From: Camelus ferus
Taxonomy: Eukaryota
Reading direction: 5' to 3'
DNA: 64,000 bases
NCBI RefSeq assembly: GCF_009834535.1
Contig: NC_045697.1
Location: 111,168,001-111,232,000 of the forward strand
In this document: positions 13,020 through 25,542 of the stretch, in pieces
Layout: every line of letters starts with the position of its first letter
Numbering within the stretch: the first letter of the stretch is position 1
Translations under genes and position numbers: made by a program
Notes under the pieces: model-generated
Seen by the model: the letters and a program-made list of their open reading frames with translations, nothing else
Told to the model about the DNA's origin: nothing
Database searches by the model: none

Positions 13020-13327
13020 CAGCTTCTCTTTCCTCTTTTCCCAAATCTCCATCTGTTTCAATAGGAAAAGGAATACTTCTCTGAAGCAGTGGAAATCTTT
13101 TTGAAATATCTTTCTTCATTTTTAAGCAGTAAATTTCCCAACTACTTAGAGCAATAATACTTAAACTTGTTCTCTCAAGGAATATGGTGAAAGGTGGACG
13201 TTTGTCCCCGTGAGGAAACGCATTTTTGCAAAGACAGGTACAATGTGCCTTCAACTGCAGAGGGCGTCGTTAATTCTACGAAGCCCATCCATGGTTAAGG
13301 AACCCTTTTGGCAACACATTACAAATC
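13020..13327 (-). pseudogene. Candidate exon, 308 nt, phase 2-1, two stops
   Basis: ctgtctctag|G ATT...GCT G|gtaaaa; ICNVLPKGFLNHGWAS*N*RRPLQLKAHCTCLCKNAFPHGDKRPPFTIFLERTSLSIIALSSWEIYCLKMKKDISKRFPLLQRSIPFPIETDGDLGKEEREA. Confidence 0.7.
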
Positions 13328-13519
13328 CTAGAGACAGATTATCTCTTAGAGCATATAGTGTACAACATTTTAAGTAATGAAAATAGATAAGCACTATTTT
13401 AACACAAAGAAAGTTTTGTTAATTATTCACCCAAAAAAAAAAATGGGCTAAGATTTCTTAAAATGGTCAATTTCTCTTGCATATTCGAAGTATTTCAAGG
13501 TGTGGTGGCCCCATGCTAT

Positions 13520-13752
13520 TGAAGGTGAAGCACAGAACTTGGAGTCAGACACTGAGATCCTGATTCAGGGGCTCATTTCACTGCTTATGTGACCTTGAAT
13601 CATATCTATCATTTCTGAGCCTCTCCTGTCACTTGCTAAATGTGGATAATATCCCCATCTTGTAGGGCTGCTGGGAGGACGAAAGAAAGTAATGAAAGGC
13701 GATGTATAGTACCATGTCTTGACTGTGAGAGTGCTCAATAAATGGTAGCTCT
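13520..13752 (+). mobile_element. MIR
   Basis: ttggagtcagac...tgtgaccttg...tctgagcctc...gtgctcaataaatggtagct. Confidence 0.8.
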
Positions 13753-14454
13753 CACTTTTTAAAGGTAAATTAACTATTTCAGGAGCTTTTCCATTTCACA
13801 AAGTGAGATGCACAAGCAGGCTACTCTTAACAGAAGCCTTAAGAACATGTAAAATTGAGGAGGTAGAAAAAAAGGAGGTTTTTGGACTCTTCAAAGAGGA
13901 CCAGGAGCCCTTTGGTGGATGTTGGGAATCTAGGCTGCTTATTTTTGGATCTTATGTCCTCTTCATGGAACAAAAGCCACACTGGTGAACTCTGATGAAA
14001 ATCAGATCAATGAAATCAATGAGAATTCTAGGCCTCCTAAAAATCTTTGTCCTTGGGCAATAAGGAATGGATCTGTTGTTAACTTAGGGTTATGTTGTCA
14101 AGATTATAAACAAGGGGTGTATTTTAAAACTTCTATCCAGCAGAGCGTAGAATGACTTTGGTATAAATTTTTAAGAAGTTTGACCTTCTCCTCCAGGTCA
14201 CTTACTCATTCCCTCCAAGTGACACAGTGACAAAATATTTATAAACTTACTCATTTTAATGAAAGACAAATATGAAGTTGAAATAAATTTGATTTATTTT
14301 TTCCCCCTGAAATCTCAAGTGGAGAATGATTTCCCAAACAGTATCTCTGAAAGTTTGGACTAGTCTACACTTTAATAGTATTAAAAAAAAAAAAAAAAAG
14401 CCAAACATCTCTGGTGATGAATTTTAAGCCAATGGAAAATTGAAAAGATCAAAC

Positions 14455-14618
14455 CTCAAACTTCTCAGCAAGACAGTTTTGAAAGTAAACGCTAACAGCC
14501 CCACCGCTGGGCACTGCAATGATAAACAGATGAACTCTTCCGTATGTGCCCCGATTCCAGTTACGCCCATTGGCCAGAGGCACTCTTGGCCAAACCCTGC
14601 TGCTGTAACCACCAGGCA
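14455..14618 (-). pseudogene. Candidate exon, 164 nt, phase 0-2
   Basis: ccttcctcaccag|TGC...TTG AG|gtttga; CLVVTAAGFGQECLWPMGVTGIGAHTEEFICLSLQCPAVGLLAFTFKTVLLRSL; end phase fits the exon starting at 13327. Confidence 0.55.
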
Positions 14619-14977
14619 CTGGTGAGGAAGGTGCCAGAAATAATAAGCTGGAGCTCAGGCAAAAGCCAAGAGGAAACACTTGATGTCAGATATGAGCTTG
14701 CCATTGTTTTTGAGAGAACATGGATGGAGGAAAGAGTGAAGCCCTGTGCAGCTAAGACTAGATGTATATACGCTGACGATCGGAGTGGCTCTTACTGTCC
14801 CTGGCTCCTCTCAACTGCCTCAAGATCATCCCTTCCTGGTATTTACTTTAATGGTGACATGCATGTCTAGGCTGCTATCCAGAGTTATTCTAGTGTTAAG
14901 AATGTTTTTTTTTTAATAATAAATACATGAAATAATAAAACATCATACAGATGTTTATCAACATTAGCCAAGCTCAC

Positions 14978-15286
14978 TTCATATGGTTGTGACACTATCT
15001 CCATCCACTCGTGGGGAATTCATTTTGCTAAAGGGGACAAACGTCCTCCTGGGCCTCCCCTGATCACACTCAGCTTTTGTTTTCACAAGTATGTGATGGG
15101 GAGGCAGCGAGGGAGAAAAATCTTGCTAAAGACATGGATGTCCACTCTCCTTATATGACCCCCTGGCTGTTCCTATCAAGGTGTCCCCACAAAGAGCATT
15201 GCTGATCCTACAGAGAAGGTCAAGACTGGCAACTCCTGTCAACAGAAGCCACAGAGATTCTGGAAACCAGTTGATGTTAAACTGAC
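14978..15286 (-). pseudogene. Candidate exon, 309 nt
   Basis: attctag|GT CAG TTT...GAA|gtgagc; QFNINWFPESLWLLLTGVASLDLLCRISNALCGDTLIG...; contains stops. Confidence 0.55.
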
Positions 15287-15469
15287 CTAGAATCATACAG
15301 TTTCTGAACTTGGCTTTTCCAAGGTTTTTAGCAAGCCACAAGGCAATTTAACTTGCCATTTATAAGATTTTGTTCAGTGGTGCCAATTCCATCTGAACTG
15401 TATAATAACATTTAGGTAGCCAAAGTGCCAATGAGAACCAAAAGGGACCCCAAAAACGGTAATATTGAA

Positions 15470-16050
15470 AGATACTGTTCAATAAACATTTATAAGTTAC
15501 TTAGTGTTTATCTGTTATGTGCCAGACCCTGAAACTACAAAATTAAGTGTCATTGCCCCTACTCTTAGGATGCTCACAGTCTGAGAGGAAGAAAGAGTTA
15601 CAGGGGACAAAATTATACTACAATATGACCGTGCTCAGTGACAGAGGTACAGACAGGAGCAGGAAGGAGGTCGTGATTAGTCTTTTAAAATGAGTTCCGG
15701 CTTCCCAGAGAAGGCAGGTTTTTTTTTGTTCAGTTAGGGAGGATAAGTTGTATGTCATCTAGCAGAAAGGTGGCCAGAGGGAAAAGGTATTCCATGAATA
15801 GAAAACAGCATGAACAAAACAAACCCAGGGGCTGCATTTGTATAACAAGAATGAAAGCTGGATGATGTGAAGCTCAGGAGAGTGGGAGAGACACGCTGCT
15901 TGACTGCTTTCCTGAGAAGCCTGACTTGATCCCATGAGGAACCACAGGTAATTTTTAGCAAAGAGATGGCATAGCTATGTCTGGCCTTTAAAACATTAAC
16001 TCTGATGGCAAGGTAAAGAATGGATTGAAAAGCAAAAAATGAGGGAAAAT
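15470..16050 (-). mobile_element. L2 fragment
   Basis: ttcaataaacattta...tgtgccagaccctg...ctcacagtctgagagg, antisense L2 3' region. Confidence 0.65.
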
Positions 16051-16205
16051 CTCTCAAGGTACCCAACAAGAATGCAAATTATACGAAAAGTACCAATTAA
16101 TTCTAACTTGGAGCAATGAATACAGTTGATTAATGAGGGTCAAATAAGGTCTTAGACTCCTTTTACCTCGATCCAATGATTTCTGTTGCCTGTCTGGTTG
16201 CACGG

Positions 16206-16319
16206 ACAGTCAGCCCTAAGGACCCTCGGCTCCTGCATCTGTGGATTCAACCAAATCTTTGATCCGCTGTTGGTTGAATCCACAGATGCAGAACCTTTGG
16301 ATACAGAGGGCCAACTGTA
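16206..16319. mobile_element. MER2/Tigger-like internally deleted DNA transposon (MITE)
   Basis: Terminal inverted repeats acagtcagccct / agggccaactgta; perfect 22-bp internal inverted repeat 16233-16254 / 16270-16291. Confidence 0.75.
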
Positions 16320-16431
16320 CTGATAAATGTCAGGTGTAAAACTACTCAAGATTCAAATTAAAAAAACAGGACCACATTGAAGAGCATTTGGTGTCCTGGC
16401 ACCCCAGTTGTCTGCAGTGTTTAAGGCTTAC

Positions 16432-16715
16432 TGTCAACAGCCTGGTGGGGCACTTGAAGGGAAGTATCGTGTCACAGAAAGCTATAGGAAGTCATGATGC
16501 CCAGCTGCTTGTGGAAAGCTATTCTCAGCAGGACTTTGGTACTGTGAACTGTTTGGATAAGGACACAGCTGTATGAATCCCTGGTATTAAACAACGTGTC
16601 AAGTACCTTGCAGCCCAGTGCTGCCAGTGCGTGGAGGGGAAGCCAGCTGCTGGCGTCACTGCCCCAGCTCCTGCCTTCCTGCTTCCATGTGTGGGCTCCA
16701 ACAAGACCTTTCTTC
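16432..16715 (-). pseudogene. Candidate exon (acceptor at 16580, 16715 or 16735)
   Basis: Donor GAC A|gtaagc, phase 1, fits the next exon; ...LAALGCKVLDTLFNTRDSYSCVLIQTVHSTKVLLRIAFHKQLGIMTSYSFL*. Confidence 0.55.
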
Positions 16716-17060
16716 CTGGAGGCAAAGGGTGATTTCTTGATGTAAGGGCTCTGGGACCATGTCCTTGTACCTTGTCTTTGATGGTTTTGCTCAGCCTCCT
16801 GCTTGCCTGCCTGGCTCTTGTATATTCTGGGACCCAAACCAGGCCACAACTAGTCGAGATCCCTGCCCTAACTCCCCCATACCACTCTCTCATTTGTAAC
16901 TTCTTAGCCCCAGTCTAGACTTGCTCAGGGTTCTGGCCCAAATAACAAAAATGGCTCAGAGATTTAAAAAAATATATATTGTTAAGTCCACTCTCCCAGT
17001 AATAAGATGTAGATATGGAGGTAGATGTAGTATATATTTGAAAAAGGTAACTATAGCCAC

Positions 17061-17218
17061 CAACATTTCTACTTTTTCCACTTCTACATGTGCCATTCCA
17101 TCAACCATTCTTCATATAATAAAGCTTATAAATCTCCCACCCTTTTGGTCACTTCTCCTGGGAAAACTCATCATTTTGTCAACGTCCTTTTAGTATTTCC
17201 AGAGTATTGTGTGAACAT
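17061..17218 (-). pseudogene. Candidate exon, 158 nt, phase 1-0, two stops
   Basis: catctccag|AT GTT...; VHTILWKY*KDVDKMMSFPRRSDQKGGRFISFII*RMVDGMAHVEVEKVEML; donor weak (gtggct). Confidence 0.55.
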
Positions 17219-17883
17219 CTGGAGATGATACTTCTGTTAACTGCCATGTAAGATTCAATTTTCTCAACATCCATGTCACGCTGTTGACTCATTTTAAGTT
17301 TGGGGCCAAATGAAACCCTTAGGTCAACTATTTATCAAACTGTCTGCTCTTAAGTCATATGCTGATTAATTCTACTAGTAATAAACTAATAAGGAAGAAG
17401 GTTTAAGGACTGGTAAAGAATTAGCTAGTGTAGGCAAGATTCAGAAAAAATAGTATTTTCAGAAAAAATACATTTCCATTTGAAACTGCCTATTTTTAAG
17501 GCAATTTTTTTTCCATTTGGCAACATCATAAAGTTGAGTAAGATGGTATTATGTAAAGTATTTTCAGTTCTAACCAATATTGCAGTATGTATGAATAAAT
17601 CTATAGCTAACAATTCTGAAATCTTTATTTTTTAAATAATATTTATCTGAAACTTTAATTGGAAATAGTTACACAGACATTTATTGAGTAAAACTAAAAC
17701 ATATGTGAGGCACTCTGATATCTTCCATTCACCAATATACTGTTTATTTTGTTGGATTCAACGTTACTATACCAGGACCAGGGCCAAGGCTGGACGAACT
17801 GTTGAATGAATCTAAGAGAGTACTTTCTGTCCACTGTGTTTTAAAACTCTATCAGCACACTGTAAAAACCATTCGTGTCTCAC

Positions 17884-17984
17884 CATGTTTGGCATGTGCT
17901 CTTTGGGGACAAATACACGTTTTACTTTGGGTGTGTTCTTTAAATGCAAACGCTTTGATAATGTGCGTGGGAAAAGAAACTCTT
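17884..17984 (-). pseudogene. Candidate exon, 101 nt
   Basis: tttttttggcccaactatag| ... CATG|gtgaga; two frames open. Confidence 0.6.
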
Positions 17985-18296
17985 CTATAGTTGGGCCAAA
18001 AAAAAAAATCCTCTTCTCTGCTTTCCACAATCAAGAGATTGCATATTACACTTATAAACCTAAAAGTAATAGTTCTAAAAGACAGTGCCATGGTGTTGGA
18101 AAATATGTTTCCTGATTTCATTTTCTAAAATTGTATTGAGCCATTATGCATGAAAGCATGTAGCTACCGAGCACTGTGAGTTCCATCCCAGGGGAGTGTC
18201 CCACAGCGAAGGACGGACACAGCCTTCACACATCCAGTTCCCTAATATGTGCTTTTAAAAGACCCATGAAGTATTGAGAAAATATTATGATTTTAC

Positions 18297-18370
18297 TGTT
18301 TAGCTCCGTAATCTTAAGCACTTTGTTAAAACATTTGACCCATTTTTGAAACAGAATTTCTTTGCAAAAT
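18297..18370 (-). pseudogene. Candidate exon (donor uncertain)
   Basis: aattag|A TTT TGC; FCKEILFQKWVKCFNKVLKITELN; start phase matches the upstream exon. Confidence 0.45.
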
Positions 18371-19623
18371 CTAATTACTTTCTCCAGGAAAATTAAAAAA
18401 AAAAAATCCCTTCCCAATATTACTTTCTTTTTTTCGAAAAAAAAAAAATGATTTCCTTTGAGAACATGGGATCTCTGATGCTCTCATGCCTCTGATAAGT
18501 TCCCTGTCCAATTATCTATCATCACCCGTGTGAGTCACACCCTGAACTTAGATTTAGTGGCTAAAAAAATATCACATCCAGAAAAGATCAAACGAAACAG
18601 GTCAGAGGGACAGAGCACGGATAATTCTGAGCACACAGATGTTCAACAGAGACAGTTCAGAAACTAACATGGAAATAGCACTGCATTTGTGATGCCACCA
18701 TACTGTGGCCGTTAACGACCAGAGAAGCCATTAAACAATGTGTGTTCACCTGGCCTGCAACAGTTATATTCACTGTGTGGTTGTTTCTCTAACTACACCA
18801 TGGTTGTACCAAGTTATAACTGCTACAGATTGCTTTTTAGACACTGAAGAATCAGTCTGGAAAGGAATTAGCTGAAGATTTAATGGTAAAAAAGAATACA
18901 GTGGGGTTTCCTTCAGTGGGTCCTAGTGGTCACTACCAGTTTACTGTAACGCCCTGTAAAAATGTAAATCTGAAGACAGCAGCCCTCCCACCAAAGGTAA
19001 TTTGCTTTAGGAGCCAAGGGCTCGTCGCAGTGCTGTGAGTTTTAGAAACAAAAATGGCAAAAGAGAGAAATAGAACAAAGTAGAGGAAATATTCAAGCTG
19101 GATACAGAGGATGGCTGTGTCAAATGAATGTGAGATCAGAGCTCACAGAGCCACCTGCGAGTAGAAATCAAAGGTGACCTTTCCAGACTGAGGTCATGCA
19201 CCTCATCCAAGGTCTGACCACATAGTGCAGACTCTCAGAGGCCTCCAACTGATGGTCACTGTCAGATTGTTAGCCTCCACAGGAAGGCAGAGATTTCATA
19301 TATCTACCACTTGGGCAAGATTGGCTATGAAAGTCGCTATGCTGGGTTCTCGGAGAGATGAGAAGATCTTCCAGGCTTATGTTCTGAGTCTTATCCTCAA
19401 AGTGTCTAGAAGAGGAGGTAAAACAGGTACACAAACAACTGTAATCCAGGGTAGACTCTGACAAGAACTGGGAAAGGAGCATACGTAGCTGTGGGATTTG
19501 AGAAGAGGGAAGGGACCACTGAGCAGGGCCAAGAGGAGAATACACGTGAGAAAGGTCAGAGACGGCTTCACTGGAGGAGATGGCATTTTCTCAATACGGT
19601 AATGCACTGGTTGACTTATTCAC

Positions 19624-19683
19624 TTATTCATAAATCTTGTAACATCCTTCTCCAGGTTGCTCTGGAGGTCTCTTCATGTAAAG
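19624..19683 (-). pseudogene. Candidate exon, 60 nt, phase 2-2, TGA
   Basis: ctgctctttctcag|C TTT ACA TGA...AAT AA|gtgaat; FT*RDLQSNLEKDVTRFMN. Confidence 0.65.
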
Positions 19684-19794
19684 CTGAGAAAGAGCAGAAG
19701 ATGGGTTTCATCAATGTAGCGCCGTGTTAGATAAGAGGGTCAACACTTCTTGACAGAGGTGTTAATTAAATGAAGCTAGAAAAACAGGAGTCCT

Positions 19795-20008
19795 TGCTAC
19801 TCTCCGGTATGGTGGCCACCAGCCACACCATGTGTGGATATTCATATTCAAATTAATTAAAGTTAAATTAAGCTTAAAATTTGGTTCTTCAGTTGCACTA
19901 CATAAATTTCAAGGGCTCAACAGCCATATGTGGCCAATGGCTCCCATGTTGGGCAGAGCCGTTACAGAATATTTCCATCATGGCAGAAAGTTCTATTGGA
20001 CAGCACTA
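19795..20008. mobile_element. MER3/MER33-like hAT-Charlie element
   Basis: tggccaccagccac...cagccatatgtggcca...atttccatcatggcagaaagttctattggacagcact. Confidence 0.75.
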
Positions 20009-20963
20009 AAAGAATGAGTATCGAAATTGTGCAAACTGGGTAGTTTGCCATGGTGATGTCCACGTAGCTGCACCTGAACCATTATGATTGTTCATATTAT
20101 GTAACATAAATGATATTCAAATGACATATAAAGTACCATTAAGAAGATGATGGAGGCCTAGAAAAATAACTAAAGGACACTGGATACATTATATAATTTT
20201 AAGTGACTAAGGATACAATTCTTTGAATTTTCAAAAAACACCTAGGACAGCTACCTTTCAGAACATTTGGAGGGAAGCAAATAAACCTATCAGTACCCAA
20301 GAAGCAGAGAGGACAGGAGAAGAGGTCAGGCAACTGAAGGAGAAGCAAAGTCAGTAAGCTGGGTAATGTGAGTTCGCAAGTAAGGGAAAAGCGGCAGTAA
20401 GAAATACACTTTACTTAAATGCCAGAAGTGATTTATGAAGTGACAATGATAGAAACAGAGAAATACTCTGGGGTGGAGAAGAAATATTTTCTGGGTCCAT
20501 TATCCACATTATCTAATTCTCTAGACGTATCTAAATCATCTGCAGGAAGGCTGCTTCCCCTATATAATTTCTCTTGGATACACAAAGTGCTTGTTATAAA
20601 TTTGTCTGCTTGTTTTTTTTCTTAATTAGCAGAATATCTATATGTAATTTTAATGCTCTATTGAAATGAGTCTTTTAACCTCAACATTGTAAATTATAGT
20701 TGTAAACCTCCATGGGGTTAAAATATTATGTCACAGATCAGTGGAAGTTTTCTTAATGATTCATAGCAAGATGTAACCACCTGAAACCAAGCAAAAGATT
20801 CCTTTGGGAATTCGAAGAAGACATAATAGTTTGCCTCATTTGTATCTCTAGCCTAATTAAAACAAACTTTGAAGGAACGGTTTAGGATTAAAGTCTATTT
20901 TAGGGAAGCAATACTTTTATTCTAGACTTCTGACATTTGTGGAGCTGAGGAATGTGTACTTAC

Positions 20964-21084
20964 GTTTCTTTAGGATACGAGTCGATTATCTTTTCTAAAA
21001 GAATGAACTGACTTTCCCTCTTATTGAGAAAGTGGAGTTGAAGAGTTGTATGGATTTAAAAGAGGTGCACAAGACACAGATGCT
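20964..21084 (-). pseudogene. Candidate exon, 121 nt, phase 1-2, TAA
   Basis: gtcatcag|AG CAT...GAA AC|gtaagt; EHLCLVHLF*IHTTLQLHFLNKRESQFILLEKIIDSYPKE. Confidence 0.75.
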
Positions 21085-22083
21085 CTGATGACATATTTCA
21101 TGGTTTGTAATTAATGGAAGTGAGACTTGTTTAAAACCTGAGTTTACAAAGAGCGTCACGATTCTAAGTTGCTTGAATGAGAAGTAAAACATTTTTTGAT
21201 GTAAGAGGTCATAAGTAATAAAGAAAATGTATGGTTTTAAAATGTGGTTTAAGGTCATTTATTACTTTTTAAAATATGTGCTCTTATAACAAGATATTTT
21301 CACATTCAAAAGTAGCACCAAATGAATAATCAATTACAAAATGTGTTTCATGAAAAATTAGGGGGTAAAAGACAAAATACCATGACTACCACATATTTTG
21401 TATTTGAAAAGGGCTCCCAAGTTTTCAAAGTTCTTTTTATACACCATTACTTGCATTTATTCCTTACAATAATATCAGGCAAGCAGATATTACCTCTTCT
21501 ACCAACCACCCCCTCCCGTCTCCTATGTCAACTACGTCTGTATTTCATTCAGTTGTAAAGAACCTCTTACTTCACACTGAGAATCGCTTCTTCCAGGAAG
21601 CCTTCCTATTCATATATGAATGAAAAATGTATAGAAAAGGAGAATTCCTTGTCCTCCTCTTATACAAAAAAAAAAAATTTTTAGCATTGCCATTGAATTA
21701 ATTTATTAGGAATACAATATGAGTAAGACCACAGAAGCTCCTTTGGTATAATTTTTATGTGACATATTAGCTCCTAGGAATGTGGCCGTTCCAGGGTGAG
21801 CTTCTCTGGGCTGGTAGGGAGGCTTTCAACTGGTGGGAGGAGTTTCAAAAAGCTGATTCCTACATCTTTTGAAATCCTAACCTGTTTGCTGCATAGCTCT
21901 ATTTTAAGATATTATGCCTACCTGCAAATAAGAAAATATATATTTAAAAGTAGGATGACTATAGCATTTATTGTCTAAACTTGTGTATGTTTGAGATTCA
22001 AAGGGGGCTTATTAATAACTATGCCAGGACATCAGAGTAAACTGAAAAAGTCCTGCCAAAACCAAGTTGTAAAATCGTCTTAC

Positions 22084-22130
22084 CTAAAAATAACAAATGA
22101 TCAATTTGGCTTTCCATTATGCTCCATTTT
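22084..22130 (-). pseudogene. Candidate exon, 47 nt, phase 2-1
   Basis: tcaatag|A AAA TGG...TTA G|gtaaga; KWSIMESQIDHLLFL. Confidence 0.7.
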
Positions 22131-22486
22131 CTATTGATATTGTAAAAGGAGGCGGGGGGGGAGGTCCTTTGTTTTACTTTGGAGCAAAATGGGGAACACT
22201 GCAATTGACTTATTTTCCACAAAACAGTCGCATGTAACTGACAGAATTTTTGAGGAGGTCTGATTCTTCATATGGTCTTAACTCATCAGGACACCATTTG
22301 GAACTCATACTTAGGTTCTCAGCCTAACAAACTGTTAACATTTGTGTCTGGCCGAAAGCAGACCAGGCCTTGGAACTCCCCGGGTGTGGTGGACCACAGC
22401 CCCTCCCCTCTCCCACAGCTCCGGAGTGTTCCGATGGGCTGAGGCCTCTGTCCAACAGCAGAGCTGAAGCCATAAATCAGACTTAC

Positions 22487-22507
22487 CCCGGACTCATGGT
22501 GAGAAGC
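22487..22507 (-). pseudogene. Candidate micro-exon, 21 nt, phase 2-2
   Basis: ctgtcccag|GCTTCTCACCATGAGTCCGGG|gtaagt. Confidence 0.65.
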
Positions 22508-22661
22508 CTGGGACAGTGACTGGTCTATTTTTATTCTTAACAAAAACCTTTCAATCCTGAGTTGTGGAGAGACAATACTTTCAGAAACAGAAAGGAACGC
22601 GTCAGCTGAGTGCTGTGGGCACTAACTGAGAAAAGAAAAGCAAAACTCATTTTGAAGTTAC

Positions 22662-22880
22662 CACGCTGGTCAGCATTGCTTATGATTTGAACCTCCATTT
22701 CTGCTCACTCGCTGACGCTGCCCGGCTCTGATAAAACAACGTAGATGTCCATACAAGGTATTAATGGCGACACAAGATTCTTAGTGCTGTGACCCTGCCC
22801 ATTAACTCCAGCGTTTCCTTTGCTCTTCAAAAAATATGTGGAGATCAAATATCTCTTGGTATTGATCATTACTTAAATCC
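22662..22880 (-). pseudogene. Candidate exon, 219 nt, phase 2-2, three stops
   Basis: catctataag|G GAT TTA...GCG TG|gtaact; DLSNDQYQEIFDLHIFFEEQRKRWS*... Confidence 0.7.
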
Positions 22881-23829
22881 CTTATAGATGTTAGAAAAAC
22901 TCTTCTCTTTAAAAGTGCCCTTTCTCCCTGTGATCCTCTAAAAAGTTTTTCCCACGATCTATTCATATGGATACAGATTTCATTTGCACAACAAGGCGGC
23001 ACACTTTTTATGAACTCTGTGGCCCATTGCCAGTACTCCTGAAGAATTCAGAGATGTCAGACCTGAGACACATTTCATTCTCTTCCTGAATTGAAGGTAA
23101 GGAGAAACAGATAACATTTTAGAACCATGTTTGGGAAAAAAAAAATCTGAGGCTGGTAAATGAGTGTGGAAATGCTAGGGCCTGTGTTAAAGCCCAATGA
23201 GTAGGGATTAACCCCTCCTTCTACAGGGCCACCACAGTGCTGGATAAAGCCGCTGAAGAGTGAATTCTGTCCCCTCGTGAAGACCAGCTCTCCAGTACCC
23301 TAAGTGTCTTCAATTATGCTTTATTACTTATACGTAAATACAGAAATGAAGTCATTCAATTATTTTCCAAATAAATTTGTCAGGAAGGTATAAATCATAA
23401 CTCAGGGAGGCAGAGGAAAGCCCATAATATCCTGCTCTGCATCCATTGAGGGGATGAGCCAATCAATCACGCTCAGAATGAACTGAACAGCTTACATGCC
23501 TCTCACTATTAAAAATAACTTCAGTACGTCAATCACGTAATTTTCTCACTGGTATGCAATAGTCTTTTGTAAGTTTTTTAAAAATGTTAAATGTTACAGA
23601 GTGAGGAGAACAAACACCCTCCCACATGGGTGTACATATGTAAATAGATATATGTACGTGTGCTTATGTGTACACATGTGTGTGTTTGCGTAGACAGGAT
23701 AAATTACACAGATATATAGAATCAGTAGATACAGATATACAGAGAGAGAGAATGAATATGAAGGGATGCACAAAGGCATTAATCACAGACAACAACAACA
23801 AAAAAAGGTGTAGGGCGACAAGTATTTAC

Positions 23830-23957
23830 CAATGAACTCTAAGTGAGCAAGCCTCTCTCTCCCGTTTGCATGGGTCTCTCCAGGACTAAGCTTGTGAATT
23901 CAGGTTCCACAGTTGTAAAGGCTGAGTAGGATGTGCCCAGTCAATCAGCACAGATAC
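23830..23957 (-). pseudogene. Candidate exon, 128 nt, phase 0-2, TAG
   Basis: tatggcag|GTA TCT...CAT TG|gtaaat; VSVLIDWAHPTQPLQLWNLNSQA*SWRDPCKREREACSLRVH. Confidence 0.7.
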
Positions 23958-25332
23958 CTGCCATACACAACCTAAGTCATCTCTTCAGTAATGAGTCTTT
24001 CAGTCCAAACTTTAATTTTAAGGCTTTAGGGGTTTCCTGTGTTTAGAAAACGGTTCGGATGATAATAAAACTGAGAGGAGAGCTGCTTTTAACGGTTCGT
24101 GTTTCCTGTAAGCATCATGACGAACTGTGACTAATCCTCCCAAATTAATTTAATTTCATAGAAGGAAGCATCTCAAAATACAGAATGGAATAATTCTCTT
24201 GAAGATGAGCCAGATTCATAAATTCACTCTTCCTGAGTGCTGGGAATTTATCTGGGGACACTGAACATTCCATAGCTCCACGACCCCAGCAAAATGTTAT
24301 TCCAGGGGAGCAGTAAATTTTCACTTTCCTCCTTTTCTTTCTTTTATATCTTAATATAGTTTATGCCCAAATTTTTACTTTCTTGCCTTACTAATAAATC
24401 TCTTTAAATAGAAATAAAGAAAGGGACTTAAGTTGACCATAACAAAAAAAGGACAACAGAGAAATAGATACCAAAAGACCCCTTTTTTATTTTTCCATTT
24501 TAAGTGTTGTGGGTTTTTTTTTTTTCATTTTACTAATATCTTCATAGAATTTGATTTGTTGTCTATATATTAAAAAATGGATGAGAATTTACATTCTAAA
24601 ACATTATATACCCACATAGCAATGAGATTGGAAAATACCTTCTTAGTCTCTCTGACTCTCAACAATTCACCCTAAGCTACAACAGCAGGTAAAATAAATG
24701 AGCAGCAAAGGAGAATGTAATAAATTTTCCAAAATATAATTATTATAATTGGGTTACCTACCTACAGAAAAATGCAAGTTCAAATGCACAATATTCCAGA
24801 TGCTGGATTGATAAAATTCTGAAAATTAGTTTTTAATAAAAACTGGTAATAATTTAGCCCAAGGTATGCCACTAAACTGAATGAATGCACATTATTGAAA
24901 CTTATGGGAAAATATTGTCTTGGAAAAGAACACCTTCATTTTTCTAAAAGTATTTTGCAAATGTTTCTCTAAAAGTTTTACACTTTGATTCATTATAAAG
25001 GCCTTTCAATACCCATCCACAAATTATAGACAAAACTCAACAGCAAAAAATAACTCCCTTTGGTTGCCAATGCTGAAATGACTTTTTCTGTTCCAACCCC
25101 CTTGCTATCTAAGTGGTTCCCTGAGGCAAACATCTGAGTGCATATAGCAAGATGTGATGTGAGATGGTATGTGCCCCAAATAAAAACTTAATTTCTCCCC
25201 AGATTCCCTTCCTTGGGATTGTGTTGTTTCTTTTCATAATATGGGCAAGTTCACCTATCTCAAGGTACTTTTCATTAATTGATTTAATGGTGTCTATTTC
25301 CCCAATCATATTACAGTATCCCAAAGCCTTAC

Positions 25333-25418
25333 CTCCTGAGGCTCACAATTCACCTCCCAGCAATTTGAGGATAGAATGTCTCTAACTCACGCTGGGTAAC
25401 CAGCCATCCCTGCTGACT
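25333..25418 (-). pseudogene. Candidate exon, 86 nt, probable 1-nt deletion
   Basis: ttccgcag|AGT CAG...CAG GAG|gtaagg; SQQGWLVTQRELETFYPQIA / EVNCEPQE. Confidence 0.65.
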
Positions 25419-25501
25419 CTGCGGAACCGCCAAGCTTAGTAAAGAACTGCGTGTGTTGTGTTGCTGGAGAGCACCATCCTGCCTCACGGAGCAACACTTA
25501 C

Positions 25502-25542
25502 TTTAGAAAACCAGGAGAGGAATATTTCTCCTTTTCCTGGAA
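25502..25542 (-). pseudogene. Candidate exon, 41 nt
   Basis: ctctttcag|TTCCAGG...CTAAA|gtaagt. Confidence 0.6.

Noticed and set aside
25109..25324. Minus-strand ORF ...IGEIDTIKSINEKYLEIGELAH...
   Set aside because: It begins immediately after the strong donor at 25332 with no acceptor, so I treat it as intronic.
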